This document shows, one piece after another, positions 8,231-16,671 of a DNA stretch of 30,086 nt. The position numbers were made by a program, and so were the translations under genes. The notes below the pieces were generated by a model, which ran no database searches, was not told where the DNA came from, and worked only from the letters and a program-made list of their open reading frames with translations. This DNA is from a virus (taxonomy: Duplodnaviria; Caudoviricetes): positions 1 to 30,086 of the IMG/VR virus record IMGVR_UViG_3300049725_000013; one strand, written 5' to 3'. The stretch's first letter is position 1. Each line of letters opens with the position of its first letter.

Positions 8231-8404
8231 ATGACCCCCGAAGCCATCAAAGCCCTGCGTATCTCTCGCCGGGAGACACAGGCGCAATTCGCCACCACGG
8301 TCGGGACGACCGTGACCACCGTCAACCGATGGGAAAACGGAGTATCCGAGCCGTCTCCGGTATTCGACGGTATTTTGAAATCTCTTGGTCATAAAGGAAA
8401 GTAG
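8231..8404 (+). CDS. XRE/Cro-family HTH regulator (57 aa, not in ORF track)
   Basis: MTPEAIKALRISRRETQAQFATTVGTTVTTVNRWENGVSEPS... carries the IK.LR....TQ.QFA..VG....TV.RWE.G...P signature. Confidence 0.85.
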   Translation: MTPEAIKALRISRRETQAQFATTVGTTVTTVNRWENGVSEPSPVFDGILKSLGHKGK

Positions 8405-8414
8405 AAAACAAGTC

Positions 8415-8711
8415 ATGACCTGCACACACGACAAAACCGTATTCCTCGGCTGGCAGGAAGACCTCACGACCGGCATTGATACCGAACTCCGCAACTGCTT
8501 AGCATGTCATTCGACGGTTGCGGGGGAAACCAGGCCAGGGAGAAAGTGGATAGACAAAGAAGTCAAGTGCCGACAAAATAAATGTCCCAAGAACAACAAA
8601 GAATATTCTGGGAATTGTTCTTACTTTGATGACATATCACGATGTGAGAATTCGCCAAATTATTGGAAACGAAACAACACCGACAGGCAAACCCAAAGGA
8701 GAAAGCCATGA
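8415..8711 (+). CDS. Cys-rich hypothetical protein
   Basis: C.H, CLAC, C....C and two further Cys; stop overlaps the next ATG. Confidence 0.5.
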   Translation: MTCTHDKTVFLGWQEDLTTGIDTELRNCLACHSTVAGETRPGRKWIDKEVKCRQNKCPKNNKEYSGNCSYFDDISRCENSPNYWKRNNTDRQTQRRKP

Positions 8712-8977
8712 ATCAAGAAATATTAAAAACCGCGAATGATCTTTCAGAAAAGATTGAAAAATTAAAAACCAACTTGGGAGAATTGAGAAAACTGAAAGAA
8801 GCAATAGGGCAAACAACAAGTCCCATAAGATATACATGTGATATTCCAAAATATAGAATTGTGGTATCGGTAAGCAGTGGCAAGTTCGGTCCAATTATAC
8901 GTGAATCTGTCTTGGCAATCATAGGAGAATTCGAACAGGAACTCAGTGAAACGGAAAATCAATTCTCGAAATTGTAA
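8708..8977 (+). CDS. Hypothetical coiled-coil protein
   Basis: AAGGAG RBS before ATG 8708. Confidence 0.65.
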   Translation: MNQEILKTANDLSEKIEKLKTNLGELRKLKEAIGQTTSPIRYTCDIPKYRIVVSVSSGKFGPIIRESVLAIIGEFEQELSETENQFSKL

Positions 8978-9077
8978 CCTCCTTCAGGGGAGCGGCCACG
9001 GCTTTGATGTATCTATGTAAACGAGAAACGAAAACCCCGTCCCTTGTGGCGCAAGGCGGGAAAGAAAGGAAACGAAT

Positions 9078-9293
9078 ATGAAAATGTATCCAGGTATTAG
9101 GGATGCTTGTGAGACGTGTCAAGATGATGACGAAGACGAATGTGCGGCTTGCCTGGCATACATAAAAAATGAAGAAGCAAGGCATCAACCCAGAACACTC
9201 AAAACCGAAACCGCCTTAGACGCGGTTCCCCTTGACCTGCTCAATGCAGGGAGAGAAAAAGACGATTTACTGCCAGAGAAAGACGATGAATAG
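9078..9293 (+). CDS. Small acidic CxxC...CxxC protein
   Basis: AAGGA RBS; CETCQDDDEDECAAC. Confidence 0.6.
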   Translation: MKMYPGIRDACETCQDDDEDECAACLAYIKNEEARHQPRTLKTETALDAVPLDLLNAGREKDDLLPEKDDE

Positions 9294-9310
9294 CCAGAAG
9301 TAAATAACCA

Positions 9311-9387
9311 AACGGGGGATGTGTAACTACTCCAAAACACAGGTTACAGAGTCTTGCGTTGACAACCGAAACTCGGCATCCCCCGTT
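9311..9387 (+). ncRNA. Putative structured RNA element (four-way junction)
   Basis: Perfect 11-bp closing stem AACGGGGGATG/CATCCCCCGTT enclosing three short hairpins. Confidence 0.45.
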
Positions 9388-9400
9388 AAGGAGCAACAAA

Positions 9401-9595
9401 GTGGAACGTGAATTTATAGAACAAGTCAGAAAGTATGTTTCCCGGTGGACAGAAAACGTTGATGCAGAAACGTGCATGCAACAACTATACGCCGCGCTTG
9501 CTTTGTATGATGACGAGAAACAAAGACAGGAACATGAAGCGTGGATGAAAAGCTTACCATTTCAAGGAATAACCAAGCAAGGATGGAAACCATGA
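9401..9595 (+). CDS. Hypothetical protein
   Basis: AAGGAG RBS before GTG 9401; stop overlaps ATG 9592. Confidence 0.6.
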   Translation: MEREFIEQVRKYVSRWTENVDAETCMQQLYAALALYDDEKQRQEHEAWMKSLPFQGITKQGWKP

Positions 9596-10584
9596 ACGAA
9601 GTAATGACACAAACAGACGCGGCAATGGAAGTCAAAGCGGATCAAACTCAATACAGTGACCTACCGGCGCTTATTCCGAATCAAGGATCGGCGGCATTGT
9701 CGCGTCGCGCCACTATTGAAGAAACGCGAATTTCAATCGCGGAACTTCACAACTTCGTCGAGGAGAATTTTCAGGAAGGCGTTGACTACGGGCCTCCATT
9801 TCCTGGGAGCGACAAAAAAAGTTTACTTCTTCCCGGTGCCGAAAAGTTCAATTTACTTTTTCGGACGCGCCCCCGCGTTATCATCAAAGACGCTGTTCGG
9901 GACTTTGCAACCGGCCATTGCTTTTACCACATCGGCGTTGAGCTTGTCCATATTGACAGCGGAGTCGTGATCGGATACGGCGAGGGGTCATGCACGAACC
10001 TTGAATCCAAATATCGTTACAGAAACGGCGAGCGGGTTTGTCCTGAATGCGGCAAGGCCACAATCAAGCGGTCAAAGTTCCCGCCCAGAGGAATGCCGGA
10101 TGCGGAACCGGGCTGGTATTGCTTCGAAAAGATCGGGGGGTGTGGGGCGCAATACGGAGCCAAGGATTCGGCCATCGTCGGGCAAACGGTCGGACTGATC
10201 GAAAACGAACACCTTCACGATCTTTGGAATACCATGCTCAAGATGGCAATCAAGCGGGCCATCGTTGGGGCCGTCTGTTTGACCGGCGGGGTTTCCGAAC
10301 TTTTCACGCAGGACGCAGACGAGACGCCCGAAGGAGAATCCGGGTACGGGGTCGAACCGCCGAAAACGCCCATTGCGGAACCCCAAGAAATACCCGAAAC
10401 GGATTGGACGAAATTGGCCGCCGCGAAAATGAATAAGATCGCCAAACTGACAACCAATTCCGATGCAATCGACTTTCTCGGAAACCTGGGGTTTGAAAAG
10501 CTGGATCAAGTCCCAAAGAATGACCGTCATAAAGTCATGGTTGCTATTGACGCACACCTGAAAACTTTGGAACCAAAGAAGTGA
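9592..10584 (+). CDS. Putative single-strand annealing recombinase (RecT/Bet/Rad52-like) with Zn-finger insertion
   Basis: EGVDYG..PG..K.SLL.PGAEK, GEGSC...ESKYRYR and NTMLKMA.KRA.V.A motifs; CPEC...C.....GGC insert; next to an exonuclease gene. Confidence 0.6.
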   Translation: MNEVMTQTDAAMEVKADQTQYSDLPALIPNQGSAALSRRATIEETRISIAELHNFVEENFQEGVDYGPPFPGSDKKSLLLPGAEKFNLLFRTRPRVIIKDAVRDFATGHCFYHIGVELVHIDSGVVIGYGEGSCTNLESKYRYRNGERVCPECGKATIKRSKFPPRGMPDAEPGWYCFEKIGGCGAQYGAKDSAIVGQTVGLIENEHLHDLWNTMLKMAIKRAIVGAVCLTGGVSELFTQDADETPEGESGYGVEPPKTPIAEPQEIPETDWTKLAAAKMNKIAKLTTNSDAIDFLGNLGFEKLDQVPKNDRHKVMVAIDAHLKTLEPKK

Positions 10585-11117
10585 AACATGTAACTGCGAT
10601 ACTTTCCGAATGCGGATTGAGAGAATGGCCGGTCTGGGTTCCCGTTGAACAGCGTGAGTTTTGCCTTCAGCGCGGATCGGCAATCCACAAGGCCACGGCC
10701 TTGTTAGACAAGGGAACGCTGGACTGGATGAACCTTGATGATCGGATCTTCCCATACGTCCGGGCTTACGAAAAATTCCGGCGAGAAATGGGCGGAACGG
10801 TTATCGCCACGGAATTGAAGATCGAAAACAAAGCCCTTGGATATGTCGGGACACTGGACGTGATCATCAAAGGGTGTGCATTGTATCCAACGGGGAGCGT
10901 GTTATTCGACAAAAAAACAACTCAGGCCGATGTCTTTACCCGGCTTCAAACGACCGGCTACGTCCTCGGTCAAAAGAAAAAATTGAAACGCGGATTCGTT
11001 GCCCTCCGAAGCGATGGAACCTATCGGGCGGGAATCTACGATAACGATGCAAGCGACAAAGTGGCGTGGATTGCTTGCGTAAAACTTGCCAACTGGAAGG
11101 AGCGGAACAATGTCTGA
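10581..11117 (+). CDS. PD-(D/E)XK exonuclease (recombination partner)
   Basis: RGSAIH, ATE.KI, YVGTLD, FDKKT and LQ..GY motifs. Confidence 0.75.
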   Translation: MKHVTAILSECGLREWPVWVPVEQREFCLQRGSAIHKATALLDKGTLDWMNLDDRIFPYVRAYEKFRREMGGTVIATELKIENKALGYVGTLDVIIKGCALYPTGSVLFDKKTTQADVFTRLQTTGYVLGQKKKLKRGFVALRSDGTYRAGIYDNDASDKVAWIACVKLANWKERNNV

Positions 11118-11757
11118 TCTGCAAAAAATTGAACCCGAAGTCGCGGAAGTCATTAACCGTATGCCGGACTTCCCAGCTATCACGAAACAAGAAGAGGCCG
11201 GGGTCGTGTCGAATTATCTAAATGACGTGGTTTCCCTGCGGAAACGGATTACGGATTTCTTCCGGCCCGACATCGACAAGGCGCACGAACTCCACAAGTC
11301 TCTTCTGGCCAAGATGAAACAAGTTGACTCCGGCCCGGCCCAGGCCGAATCCAAATTCCGGAGTATGATCACCCAATGGTTACAGCGTGAACGAGAGCGA
11401 GTCGCCGCCGAACAGAGAAAGCTTGACGAAGAGGCACGGAAGAAAGCCCTGGCCGAAGCCAAGAAAGACGGTGATGCAAAAACCGTCAAAGCCATTGAAA
11501 CCGGCAAGATCGCGGTCGTTTCCGAGCGGGCTCCGGAGCCAGTTGCCAAGGTAGAAGGTGTTTCCACGCGGGAGTATTTCAGCGCCGAAGTGATCGACCT
11601 CATGGCATTGGTCAAGGCCGTGGCCGCTGGCAAGGCTCCGCTTGAATACCTCGCGGCGAATCAGATCGGTTTAAATGGCGTCATGCGTGCTACGAAAGGC
11701 CAAGCGGTCATTCCGGGTGTCCGCGCCAAACGCGAAGACGGGATCATGAAGCGATGA
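11110..11757 (+). CDS. Coiled-coil recombination-module protein (Gam/Gp157-like)
   Basis: Long coiled coil then VEGVSTR...EV.D and IPGV motifs; follows the SSAP and exonuclease genes. Confidence 0.55.
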   Translation: MSDLQKIEPEVAEVINRMPDFPAITKQEEAGVVSNYLNDVVSLRKRITDFFRPDIDKAHELHKSLLAKMKQVDSGPAQAESKFRSMITQWLQRERERVAAEQRKLDEEARKKALAEAKKDGDAKTVKAIETGKIAVVSERAPEPVAKVEGVSTREYFSAEVIDLMALVKAVAAGKAPLEYLAANQIGLNGVMRATKGQAVIPGVRAKREDGIMKR

Positions 11758-11826
11758 CCTGGAACGATCCCAAAAATTCTGACGAATGGGAAATTGGACG
11801 AACTCACTCATGAACCGGAGGGTAGG

Positions 11827-12213
11827 ATGACTGGAAAAGAAAAGAGGAGCGTCAAGTTCGACCTGACGCACGACGAACTCTTCAAGGCCGGCCAGGATCT
11901 GGCGCGGTTGAACTCGGACATCCTGAACAAGGAGAACGACAAGAAGACCGCGGTGGCACAGTTCGACTCCGAGCTGAAGAGGATGAAGGGCGAGATCGAG
12001 GCCATCGCGCGGACCGTCCAGAATGGATACGAGTATCGGACCATCGACTGCATCCTGTACTACGATGACAAGAACGACAAGGTCTTCGTGGTCAATCCTA
12101 ATACCGGGGAGGTCTACGCGACACGGGACGCGATGGAGTCCGACCGCCAGTACGACATCTTCGACGAGATCATGCGGAAGAAGGTCGAGAAACTCATGGC
12201 ATCTTCGAAGTAA
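11827..12213 (+). CDS. Hypothetical coiled-coil phage protein
   Basis: GGAGG upstream of ATG 11827; strong C/G third-position bias. Confidence 0.7.
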   Translation: MTGKEKRSVKFDLTHDELFKAGQDLARLNSDILNKENDKKTAVAQFDSELKRMKGEIEAIARTVQNGYEYRTIDCILYYDDKNDKVFVVNPNTGEVYATRDAMESDRQYDIFDEIMRKKVEKLMASSK

Positions 12214-12220
12214 GCATAAC

Positions 12221-12285
12221 AGCCCTGACCGGCAAGGAAATTTTCGTCCCACCACGCGGGCTTTTGGGATCGGTCGGTCAGGGTT
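12221..12285 (+). ncRNA. Intergenic structured element
   Basis: 13-bp stem AGCCCTGACCGGC/GTCGGTCAGGGTT (two G-U pairs) with inner GTCCCA/TGGGAT pairing. Confidence 0.35.
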
Positions 12286-12313
12286 ACCCAATTATGAAAG
12301 GAAAAGAAAGTCC

Positions 12314-12589
12314 ATGAAACCTGGCACCCAGGTCGTATACATCCCAAGGTACGCTGATGGAAAACTTTTCCACCCCGACATGGAATACGGGTTCGTCACC
12401 AAGGACTGCGGAGACGACAACCACTTCGTTCGATACTGGTACAAGGACACCGACGAACTCCGAACCAAGTCCTGCTCGGAGAAGACGCCGAACGACTGCC
12501 TCCACGAGATGGATTCGAGGAAGCGCAAGCTGGTCCAGAAGACGATGGAGAAGATATTCCAAGAGAACGTCGGAGAGGCCATTGGATGA
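12314..12589 (+). CDS. Hypothetical protein (small beta-barrel-like)
   Basis: MKPGTQVVYIP...YGFVT...FVRYW; GC3-biased codon use. Confidence 0.65.
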   Translation: MKPGTQVVYIPRYADGKLFHPDMEYGFVTKDCGDDNHFVRYWYKDTDELRTKSCSEKTPNDCLHEMDSRKRKLVQKTMEKIFQENVGEAIG

Positions 12590-12677
12590 AAAAGTAAGTC
12601 CGTAATACGTCTTATTGTTTTTGAACGTTTAAAACCATATCTCCTTCGTCGTAACGTTAAAATAGGAGGCCTGTTCA

Positions 12678-13088
12678 ATGAAGGTTAAGAACTCCACGAC
12701 ACCCACGAAATGCACATATCCTCCCTGCCGGAATATGAGAGCCAAGAATAGCCTCTACTGCGCGGAAGGGAAGTGCCGAGGCAAGATGTTCATCTACAAC
12801 CGAGAACTCAAGAAGCGCGAAGCGAAACAACAGGCGATCATCGACAAGGAAAACAGGCGGCGCAATAACCAAGTCCGCTTCACGGCCTGGTACGCGGCCA
12901 ACGCTTCCGATTTCAACTGGGTCGTCGATTTCCTCAAAAAGAATCAATTCCGTATCACCGGTCGCATCATCATCGAATTGCTTAGGAACGACGAGAAGCA
13001 TCCGCGCCGAATCCCAAACAACTGGGAGAAGGCGGTGAACGACTACGTCAAATCACTAAAGGATACCTATCGATTGGAGGAGAGATGA
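12678..13088 (+). CDS. Basic hypothetical protein with N-terminal Cys cluster
   Basis: AGGAGG RBS; CTYPPC...YCAEGKC. Confidence 0.65.
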   Translation: MKVKNSTTPTKCTYPPCRNMRAKNSLYCAEGKCRGKMFIYNRELKKREAKQQAIIDKENRRRNNQVRFTAWYAANASDFNWVVDFLKKNQFRITGRIIIELLRNDEKHPRRIPNNWEKAVNDYVKSLKDTYRLEER

Positions 13089-13282
13089 AGCTCCAAATAA
13101 CAGATGAGAGAAAGAAATGCCTCATGTATGGGTGTGATAACCAACCAAGCATCATGCCGGAGTTCGAGGGATTCTGCGAACGGTGCTTCGAGGAAGTCGA
13201 GGCGATCAGGCGGATGAAGCAAGAACCCAAGAAAAAACCGTTTGCATTTTTAAAAAGGTTTCGTATATTAATATTATCATGA
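13085..13282 (+). CDS. Small Cys-containing protein
   Basis: GGAGGAG RBS, ATGA overlaps at both ends; CLMYGC...CERC. Confidence 0.55.
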   Translation: MKLQITDERKKCLMYGCDNQPSIMPEFEGFCERCFEEVEAIRRMKQEPKKKPFAFLKRFRILILS

Positions 13283-13413
13283 AAAATAAGTCTGTTCTAC
13301 CGTCCGTTACCTGCCGGAGATGCGGGTATGGGTGGGAGCCGAGGGTCAAAAACCCTAAGGCATGTCCAGAGTGCAAGACGCGGAAATGGAGAGAACCATG
13401 GAGTAAGCGATGA
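13279..13413 (+). CDS. 44-aa zinc-ribbon protein
   Basis: CRRCGYGW.PR...PKACPECK...W; ATGA overlaps at both ends. Confidence 0.7.
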   Translation: MKNKSVLPSVTCRRCGYGWEPRVKNPKACPECKTRKWREPWSKR

Positions 13414-14261
13414 AGATCTCGTGGCTCTCTCTCGATGTAAACATCCTCGACGACGCGAAGATCAAGCTCATCAGGAAATACCCAGGAGGGGACCAACTCT
13501 TCGTCTTGTGGGTCGGGATTCTTTGTCTCGCCATGAAGTCAGAAAATACCGGGTTCGTGGAAATCTCTCCCGGTATACCATATGAACCGCAAGACCTTGC
13601 AAGCCTTTTTGAAATCGATCTAAAAACAGTTCAATTCGGCATACAGCTTTTTTCATCCGAGAAATTTAATATGATCCGGATTTCAGAAATGAACAGTATT
13701 GAAGTCTGTAATTTCCTCAAGCATCAACGCGTTGAACAAATTCAAAAAGTCCGAGAGCAGACACGGCTTAGGGTTGAAAAGCATCGCCAATCAAGAAAAT
13801 TGCTTGTAAGTGATTGTAAAACAGAAAATGGTAACGCGTTACTAACGCAAGTGAAACAAGAAAGTAACGCAACACATATACATAGTACAGATACAAGTAC
13901 AGATACAAGTACAATTACAGATACAATACAAGGACAAAAAGAAGAAAAAGATAAAGATTCCGGCGCGGAGAAAATCGCGCCTACTTGCTCGCCATGTAAA
14001 ACGTTTCAAATACCCACAATCGAAGAAATTAAAAACTACTGCATCGAACGAAAAAACACAGTTGATTTTGAAAAGTTTTTCGCCCACTACGAATCAAACG
14101 GCTGGATGGTAGGCCGGAACAAAATGAAAGACTGGAAAGCGGCGATTCGATACTGGGAACGGACCGACCAAGGAAATCCATTAGGCAGGAAAATGACTTC
14201 CGGCGAACGGGCTATGGAAACAGTGCGCAGGGGAATGGAAAAATACGGAGACAGGAAATGA
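13410..14261 (+). CDS. Phage replication initiator (replisome organizer N-terminal domain)
   Basis: ISWLSLDVNILDDAKIKLIR..PGGD...VLW..ILCLA N-terminus; low-complexity linker; C-terminal PTIEEI..YC.ER...F..HYESNGWMVGRNKMKDWKAAIR.WE domain. Confidence 0.85.
   Translation: MKISWLSLDVNILDDAKIKLIRKYPGGDQLFVLWVGILCLAMKSENTGFVEISPGIPYEPQDLASLFEIDLKTVQFGIQLFSSEKFNMIRISEMNSIEVCNFLKHQRVEQIQKVREQTRLRVEKHRQSRKLLVSDCKTENGNALLTQVKQESNATHIHSTDTSTDTSTITDTIQGQKEEKDKDSGAEKIAPTCSPCKTFQIPTIEEIKNYCIERKNTVDFEKFFAHYESNGWMVGRNKMKDWKAAIRYWERTDQGNPLGRKMTSGERAMETVRRGMEKYGDRK
13831..13930. repeat. Probable replication origin iterons inside the initiator gene
   Basis: Palindrome GTAACGCGTTAC (13831-13842), further TAACGCA copies, then AGTACAGATACA x2 and further NNTACA hexamers (13884-13930), followed by an A-rich tract. 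Confidence 0.6.
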
Positions 14262-14854
14262 CGCGCGAAAAAGATTTCCAGAACTTTTTGGTATTGCTTT
14301 CCACGATTGCCGTAGGAACACCGCAGCGCGATAAAATTGATGAAGACGTGATCGAATCCTATTATGTGCTTCTTGAGGACATGCCTTTTGAAATTATCAA
14401 AACAAACGTGATTACGGCCGTCCGTAAAAACGGATGGTTTCCAATGATCAATGAAATACGCGGGGAAGGAAAAACAAACCGCCAGGCAATGGAAGACTAT
14501 GAATACCTATCTCATCTTCTCGACGTGTTTTATCAGCCCGAACTTGGTAGGTCTTCAATGGCCGTAATTGAGGACAAACTCGAAAAAGCGGGGAAGGGGT
14601 ATCTGGTTGGGTTCTTGAATAGACACGGGCCTGAAATTATTTACGGCGACAATCCAACGGCAACACGCGCTCAACTCATCAAGCAACTTGATATTGAAGT
14701 CGAACGACACGCCGACGAAATGAAACAAATCGGCGTATCAGATCAAAAACAGATCTCAGACACGTCGAATGGGCAGCGTAATTTTCCGGACCTTTCAGAG
14801 ATAATTGCCAAAATTGCAAAGCCTGTTGAGATAGCCGGAGAAAGCCAGCGTTGA
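14258..14854 (+). CDS. Putative helicase loader/inhibitor-like replication protein
   Basis: Coupled directly after the initiator; YY.LLED.P.E.......WFP.I.EIR pattern. Confidence 0.5.
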   Translation: MTREKDFQNFLVLLSTIAVGTPQRDKIDEDVIESYYVLLEDMPFEIIKTNVITAVRKNGWFPMINEIRGEGKTNRQAMEDYEYLSHLLDVFYQPELGRSSMAVIEDKLEKAGKGYLVGFLNRHGPEIIYGDNPTATRAQLIKQLDIEVERHADEMKQIGVSDQKQISDTSNGQRNFPDLSEIIAKIAKPVEIAGESQR

Positions 14855-15375
14855 AGACCATAGAAATGGAATACGCGCTTTCCCGATATTTTAACCCTCG
14901 CGTTAATTTGATAGTGCCGAACGTGTCGTGGGGGATGATGAATCATGAATGTGATTTACTTGTCGTCACGAAGTCCGGATATTGCTATGAGATTGAGATA
15001 AAAGTGAGCCTTGCCGACCTCAAGAAAGACGCAGAAAAGAGACATGGACACAGAGACAGTAGGATAAAGAAGTTATATTTCTCCGTTCCTGAAAAATTAC
15101 TGGACAAGGGCATGCCTTTTATCCCTGATCACGCAGGAATAATAACCGTAGGCCCGGCAGAGAAAACAAATTATATTTATTTGCTAAATGACGAGCTTAG
15201 ATATAAATGCAAGACGATACGAGAACCCCAAGCGTTCCCGGCTCAACCGCTATCACAGACAGATCGTTTTCAAGTTGCAAGACTCGGCACTATGCGGATT
15301 TGGTCACTTAAATATAAAATAATAAAACAAGCAAAAACATTGGACCCGGAGAAAGCCAGCGTTGAAAGAAGATAA
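14851..15375 (+). CDS. PD-(D/E)XK nuclease-fold protein (MmcB-like)
   Basis: ECDLLVV..SGY..EIEIKVS.ADLKKD..K, LYF.VP and P..AGII motifs. Confidence 0.7.
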   Translation: MKTIEMEYALSRYFNPRVNLIVPNVSWGMMNHECDLLVVTKSGYCYEIEIKVSLADLKKDAEKRHGHRDSRIKKLYFSVPEKLLDKGMPFIPDHAGIITVGPAEKTNYIYLLNDELRYKCKTIREPQAFPAQPLSQTDRFQVARLGTMRIWSLKYKIIKQAKTLDPEKASVERR

Positions 15376-15574
15376 AATCATAATTGATGAAGCTTTCTTG
15401 CGCTCGGGGGCAAACGGAAAAGCATGGAATAAAAAGCAATTGTCCATACTTGGTATTAAATGGCCAATCAAACGAGGATGGATGCACGAGCTTTATGGAA
15501 AAGAAATTGACAGAGGAACAGCTAAGGAATTTTTAAAGGCAAAGAGAAAGTCAACAACAGGAAAGGAAGTTTGA
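15362..15574 (+). CDS. Small basic hypothetical phage protein
   Basis: W..KQL.ILGI.WP..RGW pattern; overlaps the upstream stop. Confidence 0.6.
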   Translation: MKEDKIIIDEAFLRSGANGKAWNKKQLSILGIKWPIKRGWMHELYGKEIDRGTAKEFLKAKRKSTTGKEV

Positions 15575-15575
15575 T

Positions 15576-15803
15576 ATGGAAAAATACGAGATCAAGATCG
15601 AGATCCACCAGGTCGCCTACTGCGCCGTGAGTAGGTCGCTATTTAATCAATGCGAGGGTATCGCCGAGGGGGATACCAACATCCTCACTACGACGGACCA
15701 CCTCAACGAACTGGAGACTGACGGCAAGGCGTGGGAACGGATGATCCTGGAAAATATGCCCAAGAACTTCCAGGGTGACGTGATCATATATCCTATCGAC
15801 TGA
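15576..15803 (+). CDS. Hypothetical protein
   Basis: AAGGA RBS; GC3-biased ORF. Confidence 0.65.
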   Translation: MEKYEIKIEIHQVAYCAVSRSLFNQCEGIAEGDTNILTTTDHLNELETDGKAWERMILENMPKNFQGDVIIYPID

Positions 15804-15816
15804 AAGGAGATTTAAG

Positions 15817-16108
15817 ATGAATATCTATCTCAAAACACAAGAAGGTCAATGGAAATTATATGATGATACAAAAGAAAATTTAAAATCTGAGCTTGTTCTG
15901 TTAAATATTCAGATCGAGCAGGATGCGCAGATCGGGCGGGGAGCTCAGATCAGGCAGGGATGCGCAGATCGAGCAGGGAGCGAAGATCGGGTGGGGAGCG
16001 AAGATCGGGCAGGGAGCGCAGATCAGGCAGAATGCGGTGATCGAAAAAATTTACGATTGTGTCGTCGTCGGGCCTATCGGATCGAGATCATCCTATACTA
16101 CGAGATAG
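15817..16108 (+). pseudogene. Frameshifted, truncated left-handed beta-helix (hexapeptide repeat) protein
   Basis: AAGGAG RBS; 18-bp repeats (15910-16036) encode (Q/K)I..(G/D)A units. One 19-bp unit (15946-15964) shifts the frame, and the downstream frame ends VGPIGSRSSYTTR*. Confidence 0.7.
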
Positions 16109-16112
16109 AAAT

Positions 16113-16577
16113 ATGATCTGTATGGGAATAGACCCGGCTTGGGGGAAGAAGTGCGCGTTCGCGTTCACGGACGGGCAGAAGGTCTTCAGGATAGGCTACC
16201 TGAAGAGCGGGAAAGACCCGGTTCCGTTCTTCCTCGACGAACACATCCAGGGAATCCACCCGGACGTTATCCTCATCGAGGCTGGGTATACGAAGAACAG
16301 GACCGTCTGCCACATGATGGACAGGACCGGCGGGATGATCCTCGAAGCCGCTCGTCGGTCCACGTTCTGCGAGAGGGTTCCGACTATATTCGTCGACCCG
16401 ACGACCTGGATGTCCTCCTACAAGATGTACCGGATGCGGCGCGAGACCATGAACCCGATCATCATCCGGACCGCTCGCTACTACTACGGAGACCTCAAGG
16501 ACAAAGAAGACGACCTCGCCTGCGCGATACTCATATCGCTCTACGGCGCGAGGCACTACGACGGGGTGAAGCTATGA
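16113..16577 (+). CDS. RuvC-like Holliday junction resolvase
   Basis: MGIDP, ILIE, V.P.TW and DD.A.A motifs. Confidence 0.7.
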   Translation: MICMGIDPAWGKKCAFAFTDGQKVFRIGYLKSGKDPVPFFLDEHIQGIHPDVILIEAGYTKNRTVCHMMDRTGGMILEAARRSTFCERVPTIFVDPTTWMSSYKMYRMRRETMNPIIIRTARYYYGDLKDKEDDLACAILISLYGARHYDGVKL

Positions 16578-16636
16578 AGCCGATCGAAGAAAAGGGGCAG
16601 TGGTGGGACGTGATGTGGAATCCCATCCATGAGTGA
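16574..16636 (+). pseudogene. 20-aa N-terminal stub resembling DUF5131 (phage Gp37/Gp68) proteins
   Basis: ATGA-coupled MKPIEEKGQWWDVMWNPIHE*, matching the W.D..WNP start motif and stopping before the Cys cluster. Confidence 0.5.
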
Positions 16637-16671
16637 GTGGGTAGAATCTCATTCTTACTAAAGGAGAAACC

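Noticed and set aside
7453-8313. HTH duplicate as a DGR template/variable pair (all four differences involve A in the 8231 copy)
   Set aside because: Only four sites, at the 5' end of an HTH gene rather than a C-terminal variable region, and no reverse transcriptase is visible. Chance or ordinary divergence is sufficient.
8980-9060. Self-cleaving ribozyme in the intergenic region
   Set aside because: Small hairpins are present, but I could not find a hammerhead CUGANGA/GAAA core or another recognisable ribozyme consensus.
9359-9390. Promoter at TTGACA 9359
   Set aside because: No -10 element at 16-18 nt spacing.
10581-11117. Cas4 / CRISPR adaptation gene
   Set aside because: It lacks the four-Cys Fe-S cluster pattern, and its context is a phage recombination module.
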